Part shown: piece after piece, positions 1-12,109 of the stretch
Layout of the letters: every line of letters starts with the position of its first letter
Position numbering within the stretch: the first letter of the stretch is position 1
Origin: Fimicolochytrium jonesii
Taxonomy: Eukaryota
Direction of reading: 5' to 3'
NCBI RefSeq assembly: GCF_025526975.1
Contig: NW_026515691.1
Location: 1-64,000, forward strand
DNA length: 64,000 nt
Notes under the pieces: model-generated
What the model saw: only the letters and a program-made list of their open reading frames with translations
Told to the model about the DNA's origin: nothing
Database searches by the model: none
Position numbers and translations under genes: made by a program

Positions 1-12
1 AAAAAAAATTAC

Positions 13-860
13 ATGACAGTCATCCTTTGTCTTCTTGGCCGCATGGGCTTCTACCGTGAAAACAATGTGCCGATGTATCAATATATGCAAGCAAACTTCC
101 GATATCTCAGTGAAGAGGGTATCGAACTCTGGCACTCTATCATTCGTCCGCTCATCCACCCGACGATGGAGCATGCCCAGGCAGAGCAATGTGTTTTGCT
201 CAAAGGTGCCCTGCAACAGTGGAAGCAAAAGAAGCAGGGGTGCTGAATCTATGAAAGGGGAAGGCTCGCACGTCAAATGCCGGTACCACATTGTTTATGT
301 TCCGCAACAACCAAGAGCCGAACATACAGGCAGCGGCTGACAAGCTTATTACCATTTTGCAGGAGGTGCAGATCTACACCATGGCCAATGGTGGCGCCCC
401 AACCTATCACAGCACCGGGAAAACAGGTGGAAAGCGGTCACGCACAACGAAGTTCTTTCGATTTACTGCTGAACCAGATGGACTTGTCCTCACTGAGTCG
501 GTCATCCCCTTAGCCCAGCGGGCCCGCAATGTACACGGTCAGCTCAAAGTGAAGCTTGACAAACACATTGACATCACAGGTCTTGCCTATCCTTGCCCAC
601 CTGGGTCCCACACCGACCCTGTCAGGGAATGCTTTCCAGCGCCGTGCGGTTGCTGCCTTGTGCGGATTGGGGCACCATCTATGTTTCAGAAGCGCAAATG
701 CGGCAATTGCTTTGGCATCATCAAGGCCGTCATTGGTGGTGTTACAGAATACCGCAATGATCTTGTGCAGAAATGGAGTCAGTCTGAGGGCGCAGAAGTT
801 GTAAGCGAAGGGGAGAGTGACGATGATGACTGCTTTTCAGACAATGAGGATGAGGATTAG
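13..860 (+). pseudogene. Fragmented coding remnant, possibly the 3' end of a degenerate transposon-derived gene (runs off the window edge)
   Basis: Adjacent ORFs in different frames (13-246, 35-340, 291-860) contain an 'LSEEGIELWHSIIR' motif reminiscent of the final catalytic-Glu helix of DDE transposases, a Cys-rich C-terminal segment (CFPAPCGCC...CGNC) and an acidic tail. Family not assignable by eye. Confidence 0.3.
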
Positions 861-1522
861 GTGTTTTCCTGTTTTTGGGTTCCATACTTCCACTCGCATG
901 TGTACCCTCTTTCCTTTTTTCTTGGTACCGTCGAAAGATAATTCCCCAAAGTAAATTGCAAAATGGAGCAAAACCCCCGAGTCAGTCTCAATGATGAGTA
1001 TAGTTTTGTCGCGCAGATCTCGTGGAGGCTGCCCCTACTCCAGGCTGTCTCAACACTCGAAGAAAATTTAATAGCACTGGAAGTTGAACTCTTGACCCAT
1101 GCGTCCACAAGCCAAGCTTCTCCAACCACACCAAATACCATTGTTGGGTTTGTGGATATCAGGGGGATGTATATTTGTTGTGGGGAAGACAGCTGGGCAC
1201 TGTCAGAATCGCGGACCGCGTCTGCCGAATGTGAGCGCTGAGAGAAGGCGCGTCTGTCTCGTTCTGTGGGCACGGGTGACGGGAGGCCGGTGATGGTGAA
1301 CGCACGGAAGCGACCTCATTCTGCACATGCTTCAACAGCGCATCATATTGAGATAGCGGGCACGCAACGGCATCACTGAAGACACTCGGCCTGGTGACGG
1401 AAACCTCTTAGCCTTTCCCAACACCCAGCGGCGAAGCGTCGCATCAGGACTCTCCAACTTGACGCGGCGAACCGCATCGGACGGAACTAAACTCCACGTA
1501 GATCCACCCAACTTATTTTGCG

Positions 1523-2581
1523 ATGACCGTCCCTCCAATTCCGACCTCGGGATCGGGTACAACACTGGGTGTTCCCTCCGAGGACGGGCCGTCTCCAATC
1601 CACCGCGCGCCGCCAAACACGCCCATCAGTCCCAGCATCCCATCTCCGACCACAGCCGCTGGGACACCCACCAATACCCCGACCAATAACCCTCCCTCGC
1701 ACGCTGCCGTAGTTGCGGTTGAGACGGAGACGATCGAGCTCGTTGTCGGTGAAGACGGGAGCGCCGAGGTTGAAGTCATCACGACCACGTCCACCACGGC
1801 TGTCGTAGATGACGAAGTGCCGGCGAACCGATCTGCCCACCGCGGGACGAATGCAAGTAGGCCAAGGACAGCTGCTGGTGGAAAAGGTGGTTACATCGAG
1901 TCGGAGGATGACGACATCGACGGTTCAGATGACTCGTATTCGACCGACTCGGGTCACCTTCCGAACTCAGCCCGAGATCTCATTCCACGTCGCCGAGCTC
2001 AGCAAGGCTCCAACCGCGCACCGACCAGCAGCGCTTCCTCCGGAACTCCGCAAACCCTTTCTGAATACTTTACCTTCAACGGTCTCATCACCCTAGTCAT
2101 CACCCCTTTCTTCCAAGGCATGTTTTATGGCTTTGGCGAAGGGACTGCCAAGGTCGTCATTGGCCGATGGTTTGGTATTGACCCTGTCGTGGCATTGGGC
2201 GCGACCCGATCAGCCGACAGAGTCAGCAAAGGAGACGAGAAGTCGAGAGGATGGGACATTTTCGGGCTGGCCGACTTCCTCAAGAGGCGAAGGGAGGGCA
2301 AGGAAGATGAGCGGGAGAAGCCGCCCACGACAATGGCTACCATCAGGGCCACGAGCCCGGCTGTGTTGGCGTACAGCCCGGCCGAGTTTGAGAGTGGAGG
2401 AGGCGTCATGGAGTGGGTTGCGGCTGCCGCTATCGCAAGCTCCAACGCGGTTCCCTCACCCTTTGCTGGCAACAAATTCTGGACGTCTGCATCGGACGCG
2501 TCTACGTCGTCTATGGGGCTGAGAATGTTCTCGCTTGGCTTGATGAACGCCGGCTCCGGGCCCAGTATAGTTAGGCGGTAG
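1523..2581 (+). CDS. MIM1: Mitochondrial import protein Mim1/TOM13-family protein with long low-complexity N-terminus
   Basis: 352-aa ORF; the segment 'LITLVITPFFQGMFYGFGEGTAKVVIGRWFG' matches the Mim1/TOM13 transmembrane signature (PF.xGMxxGFGE). Confidence 0.7.
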   Translation: MTVPPIPTSGSGTTLGVPSEDGPSPIHRAPPNTPISPSIPSPTTAAGTPTNTPTNNPPSHAAVVAVETETIELVVGEDGSAEVEVITTTSTTAVVDDEVPANRSAHRGTNASRPRTAAGGKGGYIESEDDDIDGSDDSYSTDSGHLPNSARDLIPRRRAQQGSNRAPTSSASSGTPQTLSEYFTFNGLITLVITPFFQGMFYGFGEGTAKVVIGRWFGIDPVVALGATRSADRVSKGDEKSRGWDIFGLADFLKRRREGKEDEREKPPTTMATIRATSPAVLAYSPAEFESGGGVMEWVAAAAIASSNAVPSPFAGNKFWTSASDASTSSMGLRMFSLGLMNAGSGPSIVRR

Positions 2582-2979
2582 ATTAGGTGTGCATGGACGA
2601 TCACGGAAAAGCGTAGAGCGGGTCATTCATTTAGCTACCCGCTCGCTTCATGAACGTTGTCGGGGCAAAAGGCGTACGTCTCCGCAGAAAGTTGCCAACC
2701 TTCATATACTGCATTCATTGTGTACATGGGCTCTTCAATCTACTTGAACGGTGATACTGGACGACTGGTCGTGAATGGATGTGGGACGCTCTCGTGCCAG
2801 CCTCGCTCGAAACCTTGCTTTGCATTTGCATCTGTCACGTCGACCCGATCATCGTAGGCTGAATTCCTGACGAGCATCTTCATCGCTCGATGCCGCAAAC
2901 CCCACACATGGCTACAATTCAATTGTTTCGACATCGGTTGTACAACCAAGCGTATTGCTAGCAGAGATAGCTTCTATAT

Positions 2980-4668
2980 CTACTTCTTGGCGGCCTTCGC
3001 AGACTTTGGTGTGGCTTTCCCGGATCCTGCCGCCGGTTTAGCCCCTTTCTTCCCTCCTTTCTTTCCGCCTTTTGCGGATTTGGCTGCCTTCGCTAGTTCG
3101 GCCTGTCAATGGGAATCGTTCCGTTTTAGCTCACTTGTCCTACACCTTCATGGATGGCGTTTCTACCAAATCAACTGATCCCAACGAACCTTCTTAGCCT
3201 CCAACTTCCTCTTATACCATCGCTGAATCTTGGTGGCCGCCTGCGCCGCAAGCTTCTCCCCCCGTATCCGCTCCGCCTCAATCTGCTTATTCTGCCTATC
3301 CTCCTCAACCACCTTTTCCAACTCCTCATAAGCCGCCAACAGTTCCTCAAACCTATCCAGATCCTGACTCCGCTTCAACTTGAACGCCTCCAACTCCGCC
3401 ACCTTAGACTCTGTGTCCTCCTCATACTTGGACATCCAGTCCTGGATCTGCCGCTCAAGCGTCTCCCTCTGCCGCGTGAGGAAATCGACGATCTTGTCGT
3501 GCGCTTTTTGTTCCTGCTCCAGCCGCTTAGTGAGGATCGCTTTTTCCTCGGTGAGCTGCTTTTCGTCGTGTAGGCACCGTTGGCGCACGCTGGTCTCATG
3601 CGCTTTGGTTTCCTTTTTGATGTAGCGCTGTTCGGAGTTCGTCAGGATATTGATTTCCTGAATCGTGTCTTTGAGTTGCTGGATGACTTGGTCGCGGTCG
3701 TTGGTCTCGTCCTCGAGGAGTTTGCGTTCGTTATTGAGCTCTTTTTGCAGGGATTTGAGCGTTTGGGATGCTTCCCTCTCTCTGCAAAATAGGGAATCAG
3801 AAAGGTTTATGGGATTGCAGTGACTTTGCACATTACGCACCTCTCTATTGTCTCATGCAACGTATTCCGCTTCTTATGCTCCTCCTCTACAGTGGTAATC
3901 AGACTGTCGAACCGAAACTCCCGCAACTCCCGCATGGTCTTCGTAATCAAGGCTTGCAGCGCATTCCGCTCCTGATGTATCTTCTGCAGGTTTTTCACAG
4001 AGTTGATTTGTGATCGATTTGTAGTGCTTGACACTGCGGTGGCGAAGAATGAGCTTTCGAGGACATCTGGGCGCGGCGTACATTCCCTCCTCCGTACCTT
4101 GCGAAATCCGATGGTCAAACCCTCCATCCTGCCCTGCTGGTGCCCCACTCTTTCCTTTTGAAGGCAGCTTTCGCAAGTTCTTTTGCTCCAAACGAAGCTG
4201 TTCATACCGGTCGTTCAGCCTTGACTGTTCTTTCAGCGCCTTTGCATCTGCCTAACGTTCCGACAAACTCAGTATCCCAACGACGATGCCAACAATCTGT
4301 TGCAGCGCGTATATTCGGCAAGCGTACCGTTTTGCTTTCCCCATACGCATGCCCCGAATCCGCCGGTCCCGCATTCCCAGCCCCGGCGATATCAGCCAAC
4401 ACCGCCAATTGCTCCAACGCGTCCTCCAATATCGCAATGTACGACTGGGCTTTGCCTGGTGGAATGCCCTTCTCCGAGTCTAACTCCACTGCAAAGTGGG
4501 CGACGAGGTCTACGCCCTCTTCTCTTCTTCTTCATATGCGTTTTCATCGTAATTTGCGGGTGTATGGCGGCTGTGGCGAGCGTGGGTCTTTTCTGGTGGA
4601 AGGTCTGGAGCGTTGCGGTTCTCGTACGTTGGGAGGGCTGGGAGCGCTGCTGTTGACAAGACGCTCAT
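2980..4668 (-). CDS. DRC9: Dynein regulatory complex subunit 9 (IQ-motif coiled-coil protein), multi-exon
   Basis: Coiled-coil exon 'LERQIQDWMSKYEEDTESKVAELEAFKLKRSQDL', IQ-like 'AATKIQRWYK' and Lys/Gly-rich tail (GGKKGGKK...AAKK, TAG at 2980-2982), typical of IQCG/DRC9. The start at 4668 is tentative because it needs a 1-nt frameshift in a GAA run near 4520-4535. Confidence 0.8.
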
Positions 4669-5054
4669 CGCTGTGGATTGTCTAGATGGATTCTATGTTT
4701 CTATGCCTGCCGGTATGGGTCTGACCAGAGTGTAAGAATTGGGTACAATTACTGTATAATGGCAACTAATGATGCTGTGTCCATCAATCCGGAGAGGAAA
4801 GCGAGAAAATCAAAATGCCCGACATGGCGGGCGGAGCTCAAACGGAGACGCGTGAGGCGTGACAATCTGTGGGAAGGCAAGCCACGACACACGAAGGCCT
4901 CTCCATCTTCCCATGCATCGTTGCCTAGCTTCATCGGCAGCAGCCACACGGAAAGACTCCGCGATACTGGAACCGACGTAACGTTCCTGCACTTTGCTCG
5001 CCTACTCGTCGCCTCGCCCCTTTCGCCCTCAACCACCGAAATCCCAGCACGAAA

Positions 5055-6400
5055 ATGAGACCTATACCTCCCACCGCGACCCAGTCCTCGCCGACCCGTC
5101 CTGCTTCACAAGTCATCTCCTCACAGCAGCAGCAGGCCAGCTCGCCGCAAACTGCATCGGCGCAAGCAGACGATAAGGCGGTGTCAGACGCGCAGGTGGA
5201 GGAGGTTGCACTTCCGCCGGCGAAGCCTCCAGTCTGGACGGTATGTACTGCCCTCTTGCCATTGCACCTTTTATCTCCAATCATAGTTGTTGAACGATAT
5301 TAATCGTCTTTATATAGTACTCGCCGCTACAAACGACAGGAACAACGCAACCAGCAACCTCTCAGTCAGGCGCTCCACCCAAACCACAACGGCTATCCTC
5401 AACCGACTCAAAGCCCCAGTCTTCACCTCAGCAGAACGCACCAGCCCTCACCACAACGTGTAGCGCAACATGCGCCTCAACCTGTGCATGGAAAACGAAA
5501 GCGCGGGACTCAGTGATATGTCTTGTCCATGGGTCAGCTTGCACGTACTCGCCGTCGGACGTGCTGGCTTCGTTGCAGGAGAGGGTAGTGGAGCTTGCTA
5601 ACACGGTTTCAGAGCGAGGTAGGTGGTGGGGACATCAGCACCCGTATCTATTGATCCTGAGGTTGAGGGCAAATCACTGACTGGTGCCTCATCAGACGCC
5701 GAGATCGCGACATTGAAAGAGCGGATAGCAGAGTTGGAGCTGATTGCGGATAGAGCAGAGACGGAGAATGAGGTGAACGCTGCCAAAGCGTTCGCTCGAT
5801 CCGCAGTCAAAGAGATGAACGAGGCTGGTGCGGCTGCAGGACGAATATCCGATGATCTGTAAGTCTGGCCGACGCAGATGTGTTGAGCGAATAACCCATG
5901 CTAATGTCGGTTCCGATGACAGGAAAGCGGCAAACAGTGCGTCTGAAGGCGCATCCAGTGAGGCACAACCAGCACCAAAAGTAGACAAGAGCGTGCCTGT
6001 CCTCGAGCGATCCGGTCGCTCATTGGCACATGTGAGTTATTCTTCTCGGCCCCATGCACGACATTCGCAAACGCTTGCTCATCCGACACTGTAGGCCACA
6101 AGAGCTCGCCCTTCTCCACGAGCCCGCAAAACATCCGCTACGCCCAAAGATACCACATCGCAACCGGGTGACTCCACCAGGGCCACCGCGGTCCCACAAC
6201 CATCCGATCCCACCCCGCTTTCGCAAGATGGCGCCGCATCCACCCATGGCAGCGCGGACAGCATTAACAGCAATCCACAGGAAGAGTTCAAGAAGAAGAT
6301 TGCGATGATGGGCGGTGTCAACCCGCTGATGGGGATGAATCCAGCCATGATGGTGGGACAGCTGAAGGCGACAGGGAGGTTGTCGAAGGGAGAGCGGTAG
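5055..6400 (+). CDS. Pro/Gln-rich multi-exon protein with short coiled coil and a capping-protein-interaction (CPI)-like motif
   Basis: ATG at 5055 and several GT-AG introns. Splicing 6032-6094 yields LAHATRARP (LxHxTxxRP). The C-terminus reads EEFKKKIAMMGGVNPLMGM...QLKATGR, with TAG at 6398-6400. Confidence 0.6.
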
Positions 6401-6519
6401 GGACCGCGAATATGATATCCTATGGGATTCCAGGGGGACCCAACTTGCCACATGCGGCTGCATCAGTTGAACAATTACTCCCTCCCGTCAGCAATCATCC
6501 TTCGGCGAGTCAGAAGATT

Positions 6520-7557
6520 CTATTTTTGAAATGCAGATATGGCAGACATGTGATATATGCCGCCGCCGCTTTTGACATTCCAAGTGAATGGCATCAATCC
6601 TGGAGAGAGAAAAGGGGCGATGAGAAACTATCCTGCCCCCGCAATTTGAGACCGTTCCAGCGGTTGATGACTTACCCATGGCCTTTGCCCTCCTGACCGC
6701 CTTCCTCACTTTGTTCTGATTCAGGCGCCTCAACCCAGTTTCCGTCTTCGGCTTCAGATGGCCCATAGTGGTGCAGAAGTCCGACAGAAACAGAACATCC
6801 TGTAATCGGAGAGGGGATGAGCATCCGTGCTGTCGCTATTCCTCCTTCCATCCTTCCCATTACAGAACGTGCGTCTACTTTTCGTCGGTAATGAATCATT
6901 ACCTTGTACGATTTCAAAGGGTCCCTCCTAGTTTCCTCACACGTGTCCCTCAAGGTTTGACTACGTTTCCACTTTTTCTCGAACGCCTTAATATTCTTGT
7001 CATTCAGATCTCGTGGTGAATATGTCTATTACCGAGGAAAAGTAGGTTAGGCTGTGTCTGTTGGGTCAACGGCGGAAATATGTAAAGTAGTTACGGTTCC
7101 AGGGATAAACTTTCGTCTTGGATAAGAGCCACCGTAGTACAGGGGGTTCTGTTCTTCTGTTTGTCGCTGGTTCTCTGCGGGAGTCGGAAAATCGGTCGTC
7201 CACGTTGGTGTCAAGTTTCATCCATAGGCATTCCTCCACCTCTGTGCTCACCATTCAGGGTGACCAGATTTTGGCCAGAGCGTACGTCCTCTATGAATGC
7301 TACAAACGCCGGTCCGAAAGGCGACGGTCAGAATGAATTCGACTTCAGCAGTTGCAAGAAGCGACCTGCATACCTATATTCTTCACTGGCGTCCGCTCGT
7401 TCCGTCCCGTTTGTGGGAGCGAAAACTTATCGGATACGTTTGATATGAGGCGGGCGGGGTTGGCGGTTGTTGGCATGCGACGGCAGGCTTGCGCCGCCTG
7501 CCTCGTATGCAGACATGTTGCGGTTCGGGCAACCTTGAAAGCTGTTGGTGGGAGCAT
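6520..7557 (-). CDS. RSM18: Mitochondrial ribosomal protein bS18m, multi-exon
   Basis: Spliced exons give 'DPLKSYK|DVLFLSDFCTTMGHLKPKTETGLRRLNQNKVRKAVRRAKAMG|LMPF', a ribosomal S18 domain. The Arg/Ala-rich presequence starts at ATG 7557; TAG at 6520-6522. Confidence 0.8.
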
Positions 7558-7790
7558 GCTTTACTGAGGTGAAAGATCGTTCCCAAGTTCCCGACCAATT
7601 CCCCAAAGAATAAACCAGCGCAAGCAAACTACAACGAAATAAAGTCATCAGTTCCTCACGTGATATCACGGCACAACGCGTCGGGGGAGGGAGTGACGCA
7701 GAGACTTGCACCTCTTGCCGTTATCGGCGAAGGCAACCTGGAATTTCGAACGCACAGCACAGAACTGCCAGGTCCCATATACCCACCGCA

Positions 7791-9225
7791 ATGGCTGATA
7801 CACCGGTGTCTTCGGCCCTGCTATCACGGCAAGAGTCGTCTCCACCGGACCCATACAAAATGCACGACCCGTGGGCTGGGATAGGCGCAACCTTCGGCGA
7901 TAGCGTCCCGGCAGCGCCGGCTGTCGAAACCGTGGAGGGAATGTGGGCGGAGGCAGAGTCAGACCCTTGGAAGACCTTCTACGAAGAAGAACAGTCAGCT
8001 TCGTCTACCGACGCTGATAATGACGAACTTTGCGCGGAATATTCACCAAAGCGGAGGTTAGAACAAACGAAGGCTGTTCAGGGTGCCCTGCAGTCGGAGT
8101 TCAGCGGCGTGGGCCAGGTCGCGGCTGCAGCTGAGTTATTTGGTGCTGAGGACGCCACACCGCAGACGCCTCATAATAGTTATAGCAGAAGCTTCTCGGA
8201 ATCGCCGCTGCGAAAGCGATCTCTTGATGTGTGTGATAGGCAGCGAATGATCGCTGCAATAGGTCCAGCACCGCCGCTCATCGTCACCGAAGAAGCGCCA
8301 AATGCCGGGCCCATACCACCTAACGTTCGGCCCGACCACGTACCTTTGCGGAAGCTGTCGTTTGGCAAAGACTCTGGCGGTCCAACAACTGTCGGGGGAA
8401 CGACAAATCACGTTGCCTCAAACGTGCACACCATTCTTAAAACCGATACCCTGGCTGGCATTGCAATACAATATGACATTACAGTAACCGCTCTCAAGAA
8501 AGCAAATCGACTCTGGCACGAAGATGAGATCCGCTTTCGGGAACACGTCGTTATCCCGTCGCTCACTGGTTCGTCATCGCCATTAAAACCTATCCAATTG
8601 TCCCCCAGTAGAAGCGCGAAAACTGCGCATCAAAAACTGCGGACGGTGGCGGAAAACCAACCGGCCGAGAGCACCGAGGACCTGCTGAAACAGATTGATG
8701 CGGACCTGGTATCAGCGCTGAATGACCTGGGCCACGAGCACCCTTGGCGGGTTGGGGAGAAACACGTAGATAGAGTAGGGAGGGTACATACTTTGGGGGA
8801 CTGGGACTCGGTGTTGGACGCATCAGCTGCGGATTTGAGACGAGGTGTGAGAAACAGTGGCGGAAAGGCAAAGGAAGTTCGGCGGGGCCAGATGGGAAGC
8901 CTGGAGAAAGTGCTGGTTGGCGAGAGAAGATATCATCAAGCTCACGTGCCTTCGCCGACGACGGGCAGTGGCGGCGGGTCGTTGGGGAAGCTGAATGACT
9001 GGGTTTCTCAGTGAGTATGCACAAAGTCTCGTACAGGCTCGTCTCCTCTTCAAGGCTGACCACCCACTCTCGTCGCGAAGGAAACTCAACTCAATAATCC
9101 CTACCGGCAAAGAAGAGTACGCCTACCTCAGCCCGACCGATCCAGATTCCGGATTCTCGTCTAGCATCGGAACTCCGACAACCGTCAGGTCGAGAACCGC
9201 CACTCGAACGTCGTATTTTGATTAG
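7791..9225 (+). CDS. Intracellular LysM-domain protein
   Basis: LysM motif 'HTILKTDTLAGIAIQYDITVTALKKANRLW...IP'. An intron at 9011-9080 (GTGAGT...CTGAC...AAG) extends the ORF to TAG at 9225. No signal peptide is visible. Confidence 0.75.
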
Positions 9226-9415
9226 ATTAGCTCGGTGGTTTTGTCGTCCATCGCCTATGTAATATTTGTAGATAGCTTTCTTGGGACCGAAATATACATA
9301 TGTAAATCTGCTTGTCCCACTGGGCAAAAACAACTGACCATCCCATAACGGGAAACCCCAGTCTACCCTTCTTATGTATTTGAGATTCTAGCTTCAGATC
9401 ATGATTCGAAGGCCT

Positions 9416-12109
9416 TTACATCGTCTCAGGCGTCAAATCAATGCCAAAAATATCTACAGGTCCCAAATCTTTCCATCCCTCCCTCTCCCTCCGCACAAAT
9501 TCCTTTACGCCCGCTTCCCCTTCTTTCGCCACCAAAGCCGCAACAACATGCTGCCTTGCTTTTCGACACGCCCACAGTGTTGGCGCAACGTGCCCTTTCT
9601 CAGCCTTGGTACCGCCGCCTTCCTCTTGTTTTCCTAATTGCAGGAAACGTCTATACAATCCTTCACATTCCGCAACGAGCCCGGCTTTTCCGACGCCCTC
9701 GATGATCGTCATCCACTCGGTTATCGTCGGCATGTGACCGAGGTGCATTAGTTGCTTGAAGACGCTCAGCGCGTTCTCAATGTCGTTCAACTGCATCAAC
9801 CCTCGTAGGATAGTGTTGGACAACTTGGCATCGAAGCGCGGCTTGGGGCGATGATCCACCGCTGGGTCCATGCCCGTGGGGGCATAACGGTTGAAGTACC
9901 GCAATGCGCCTTGCCTATCTCCCCTGATCATCATCTCCTTGATGAGGATAGCGTATGTGTACGAATTTGGCCATACCCCAACGCTTTCCATTTCCACCAA
10001 TAACTCATCGCACGCCGTGAAGTCGCCGTCCTTGGCCAACGCATAGACCACGGCGCTGTAGGTGTAAATGGACGGCTTCAAGTCCTTGGTTATCATATCT
10101 GCAAACGCTTGCAGAGCCTGCTTCGCTCTACTACGACGTGAGTGCGCCATAATGAGAATGTTGTACACCACGGCATCGGCGACGACTTGATTGCTGTCCA
10201 TTGCATTCAATATTTTCGTTATGCCCCTCAAATCGTCGCGACGGCCATAAGCGTCAAGGAAACAGGAATATGTGACCACATCCGGCGATTTGTGATCCTT
10301 CGCCATGACATCGAAGATTTCGTAGGCGGTCGCGAGATCGCCTTGCTTGAGGTATGCGTCGATGACGATCGTGTAATGTTTCACCGTCAATTCATGTCGG
10401 CGGTTATCACGCAAACCGTTGAAGCAGGTGAGCATGTCCTCTATGCGCCGTAGGGTCGCAAGTGACATCAATACCGCTGAAATCGCGGCGTGGTTCAACG
10501 CCATATCCTTCGACATTAGGAAGTGAAATAAGTCGATGACGTTCTGATGGCGGCCACATTTGTTGAAGCCTGACATTATCGTCCCATATGTCACAGGGTC
10601 TGGTTCCACATTTTGCTGCTTCATGTGGTCTAGGATCTCGTGAAACCGATCCGTCGTCCGAGCGCGAGCAAGGATGCCTAGCGCGATGTTGTAGGTCCAC
10701 ACCGTGCGCATAGCGCCAGGCGATAGCTCTTCCACGCGAAATAGGATTTCGAGAGCGCCATCCACGTCGCCTTTTCGTCCCAACAAGTGCATTAACGCCT
10801 CCAAACTTTTCATCGGAAGATATTCGCCAGACTGCTCGACTTCCTGGACGAAGTCTTTCGCTTCCGAGTCCCCTCTCCTGATGTAGGCCCACATGAGCGC
10901 ATTGAACATGGCTGGGGTCGGAGGCGCTTGCTTCTCTAGCGTCCACTCTTTACATAATGCGCTCGCTTCGGGTAAGAGGTGCGACAAGCAATACACGCGG
11001 ATAATCCTCTCGTACGTCTTTGGCCCTGCCACTTTCTTCTTCTTAATCCAGTTGAATAGCTTCAGAGCTGTTTCGTGGCTAGTTCCTTTAATTAGGAGGC
11101 TGCACTCTTCGTCACTAGATCGTTCCGCAAAATGCTCTTCGAACATGGTAATCGCTTTGGTCGCAGCCCCCAACCTTGCATAAGACTTCATCATTCGAAA
11201 ATGAGTTCTTTCTCCGGCGCGGTTGGAACTGACAGCCTGTCGATACAGTTTCACAATAGCCTCCAGATCATGTTTCTGCGACATTCGCTTCATCAACGTG
11301 GCGAATAGTTCATCAGACACGGTGGCAGGCGATGCGCACCACCACACCATTCGCAAGAACCACTCTGCATCAGCTAAAGTCTGAATATTCGCGTGATTGG
11401 CCCACTCTTCGAACATGGGTGCGTCGGGAAGCTGTCCAGCGTCCTCCATATCGCTGATCAACAAATCGGCCCTGTCGGCAAACTCTTGTCCCGCCAGAGA
11501 TTTGTTTTGTCCCGTTATGACCATTAGGCTGAACCAGTCATCGCGTCCCAGCTTCGCCATTTCTGCTGGGTCAGTTCTTATGCGATCCATGTAATGAGTC
11601 CACACCATTTTAAAGTCGGTATGAGAAAACTGCCGGTGTCGGATCCCATGAAGCAACTTCTTCCAATTCGCCAGAGTTGTCCTTTTCCTTTCATCCGTCT
11701 CTTCTCTATGTTGAAGGCTCGAGCCCGTGCGGATGGGTGGTAAATCTTCGTGACTTGTTGCAGGCCGGTCGTTAAGCTGATTCGTGGAAGACCTTTCGGT
11801 AGTATAGCACTTGGTATGCGATGTGCAAGCCCATCCAGTTAAGGAAGACGTTCGGCGTGTCTGCACGCCGTGCCCCCATTCCTCCCGAAGCTGGCAAAAG
11901 TTGCCAGGAGTTCTTTGATATGGCCGCATTCCCGCGGCTCCACCGCACGTCGAAGCCCGTCGGACTGGCTCGCAGCGCGTAGGTGGGGCAACTTCCAAGC
12001 ACACCAACCGCCACGCTAGTGAGGCTCGGCCCGTTCGCTTTCCGCCGAAGACATGTTGTAGAAGCTTTTGCACGGCACCTGTTGTACCGCATGCGGAGCA
12101 TGTTGACAT
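9416..12109 (-). CDS. Pentatricopeptide repeat (PPR) protein, probably mitochondrial
   Basis: 897-aa single-exon ORF with tandem 35-aa PPR units (e.g. 'VTYGTIMSGFNKCG', 'HYTIVIDAYLKQGD', 'TYSAVVYALAKDGD'). Confidence 0.9.
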   Translation of the reverse strand: MSTCSACGTTGAVQKLLQHVFGGKRTGRASLAWRLVCLEVAPPTRCEPVRRASTCGGAAGMRPYQRTPGNFCQLREEWGHGVQTRRTSSLTGWACTSHTKCYTTERSSTNQLNDRPATSHEDLPPIRTGSSLQHREETDERKRTTLANWKKLLHGIRHRQFSHTDFKMVWTHYMDRIRTDPAEMAKLGRDDWFSLMVITGQNKSLAGQEFADRADLLISDMEDAGQLPDAPMFEEWANHANIQTLADAEWFLRMVWWCASPATVSDELFATLMKRMSQKHDLEAIVKLYRQAVSSNRAGERTHFRMMKSYARLGAATKAITMFEEHFAERSSDEECSLLIKGTSHETALKLFNWIKKKKVAGPKTYERIIRVYCLSHLLPEASALCKEWTLEKQAPPTPAMFNALMWAYIRRGDSEAKDFVQEVEQSGEYLPMKSLEALMHLLGRKGDVDGALEILFRVEELSPGAMRTVWTYNIALGILARARTTDRFHEILDHMKQQNVEPDPVTYGTIMSGFNKCGRHQNVIDLFHFLMSKDMALNHAAISAVLMSLATLRRIEDMLTCFNGLRDNRRHELTVKHYTIVIDAYLKQGDLATAYEIFDVMAKDHKSPDVVTYSCFLDAYGRRDDLRGITKILNAMDSNQVVADAVVYNILIMAHSRRSRAKQALQAFADMITKDLKPSIYTYSAVVYALAKDGDFTACDELLVEMESVGVWPNSYTYAILIKEMMIRGDRQGALRYFNRYAPTGMDPAVDHRPKPRFDAKLSNTILRGLMQLNDIENALSVFKQLMHLGHMPTITEWMTIIEGVGKAGLVAECEGLYRRFLQLGKQEEGGGTKAEKGHVAPTLWACRKARQHVVAALVAKEGEAGVKEFVRREREGWKDLGPVDIFGIDLTPETM

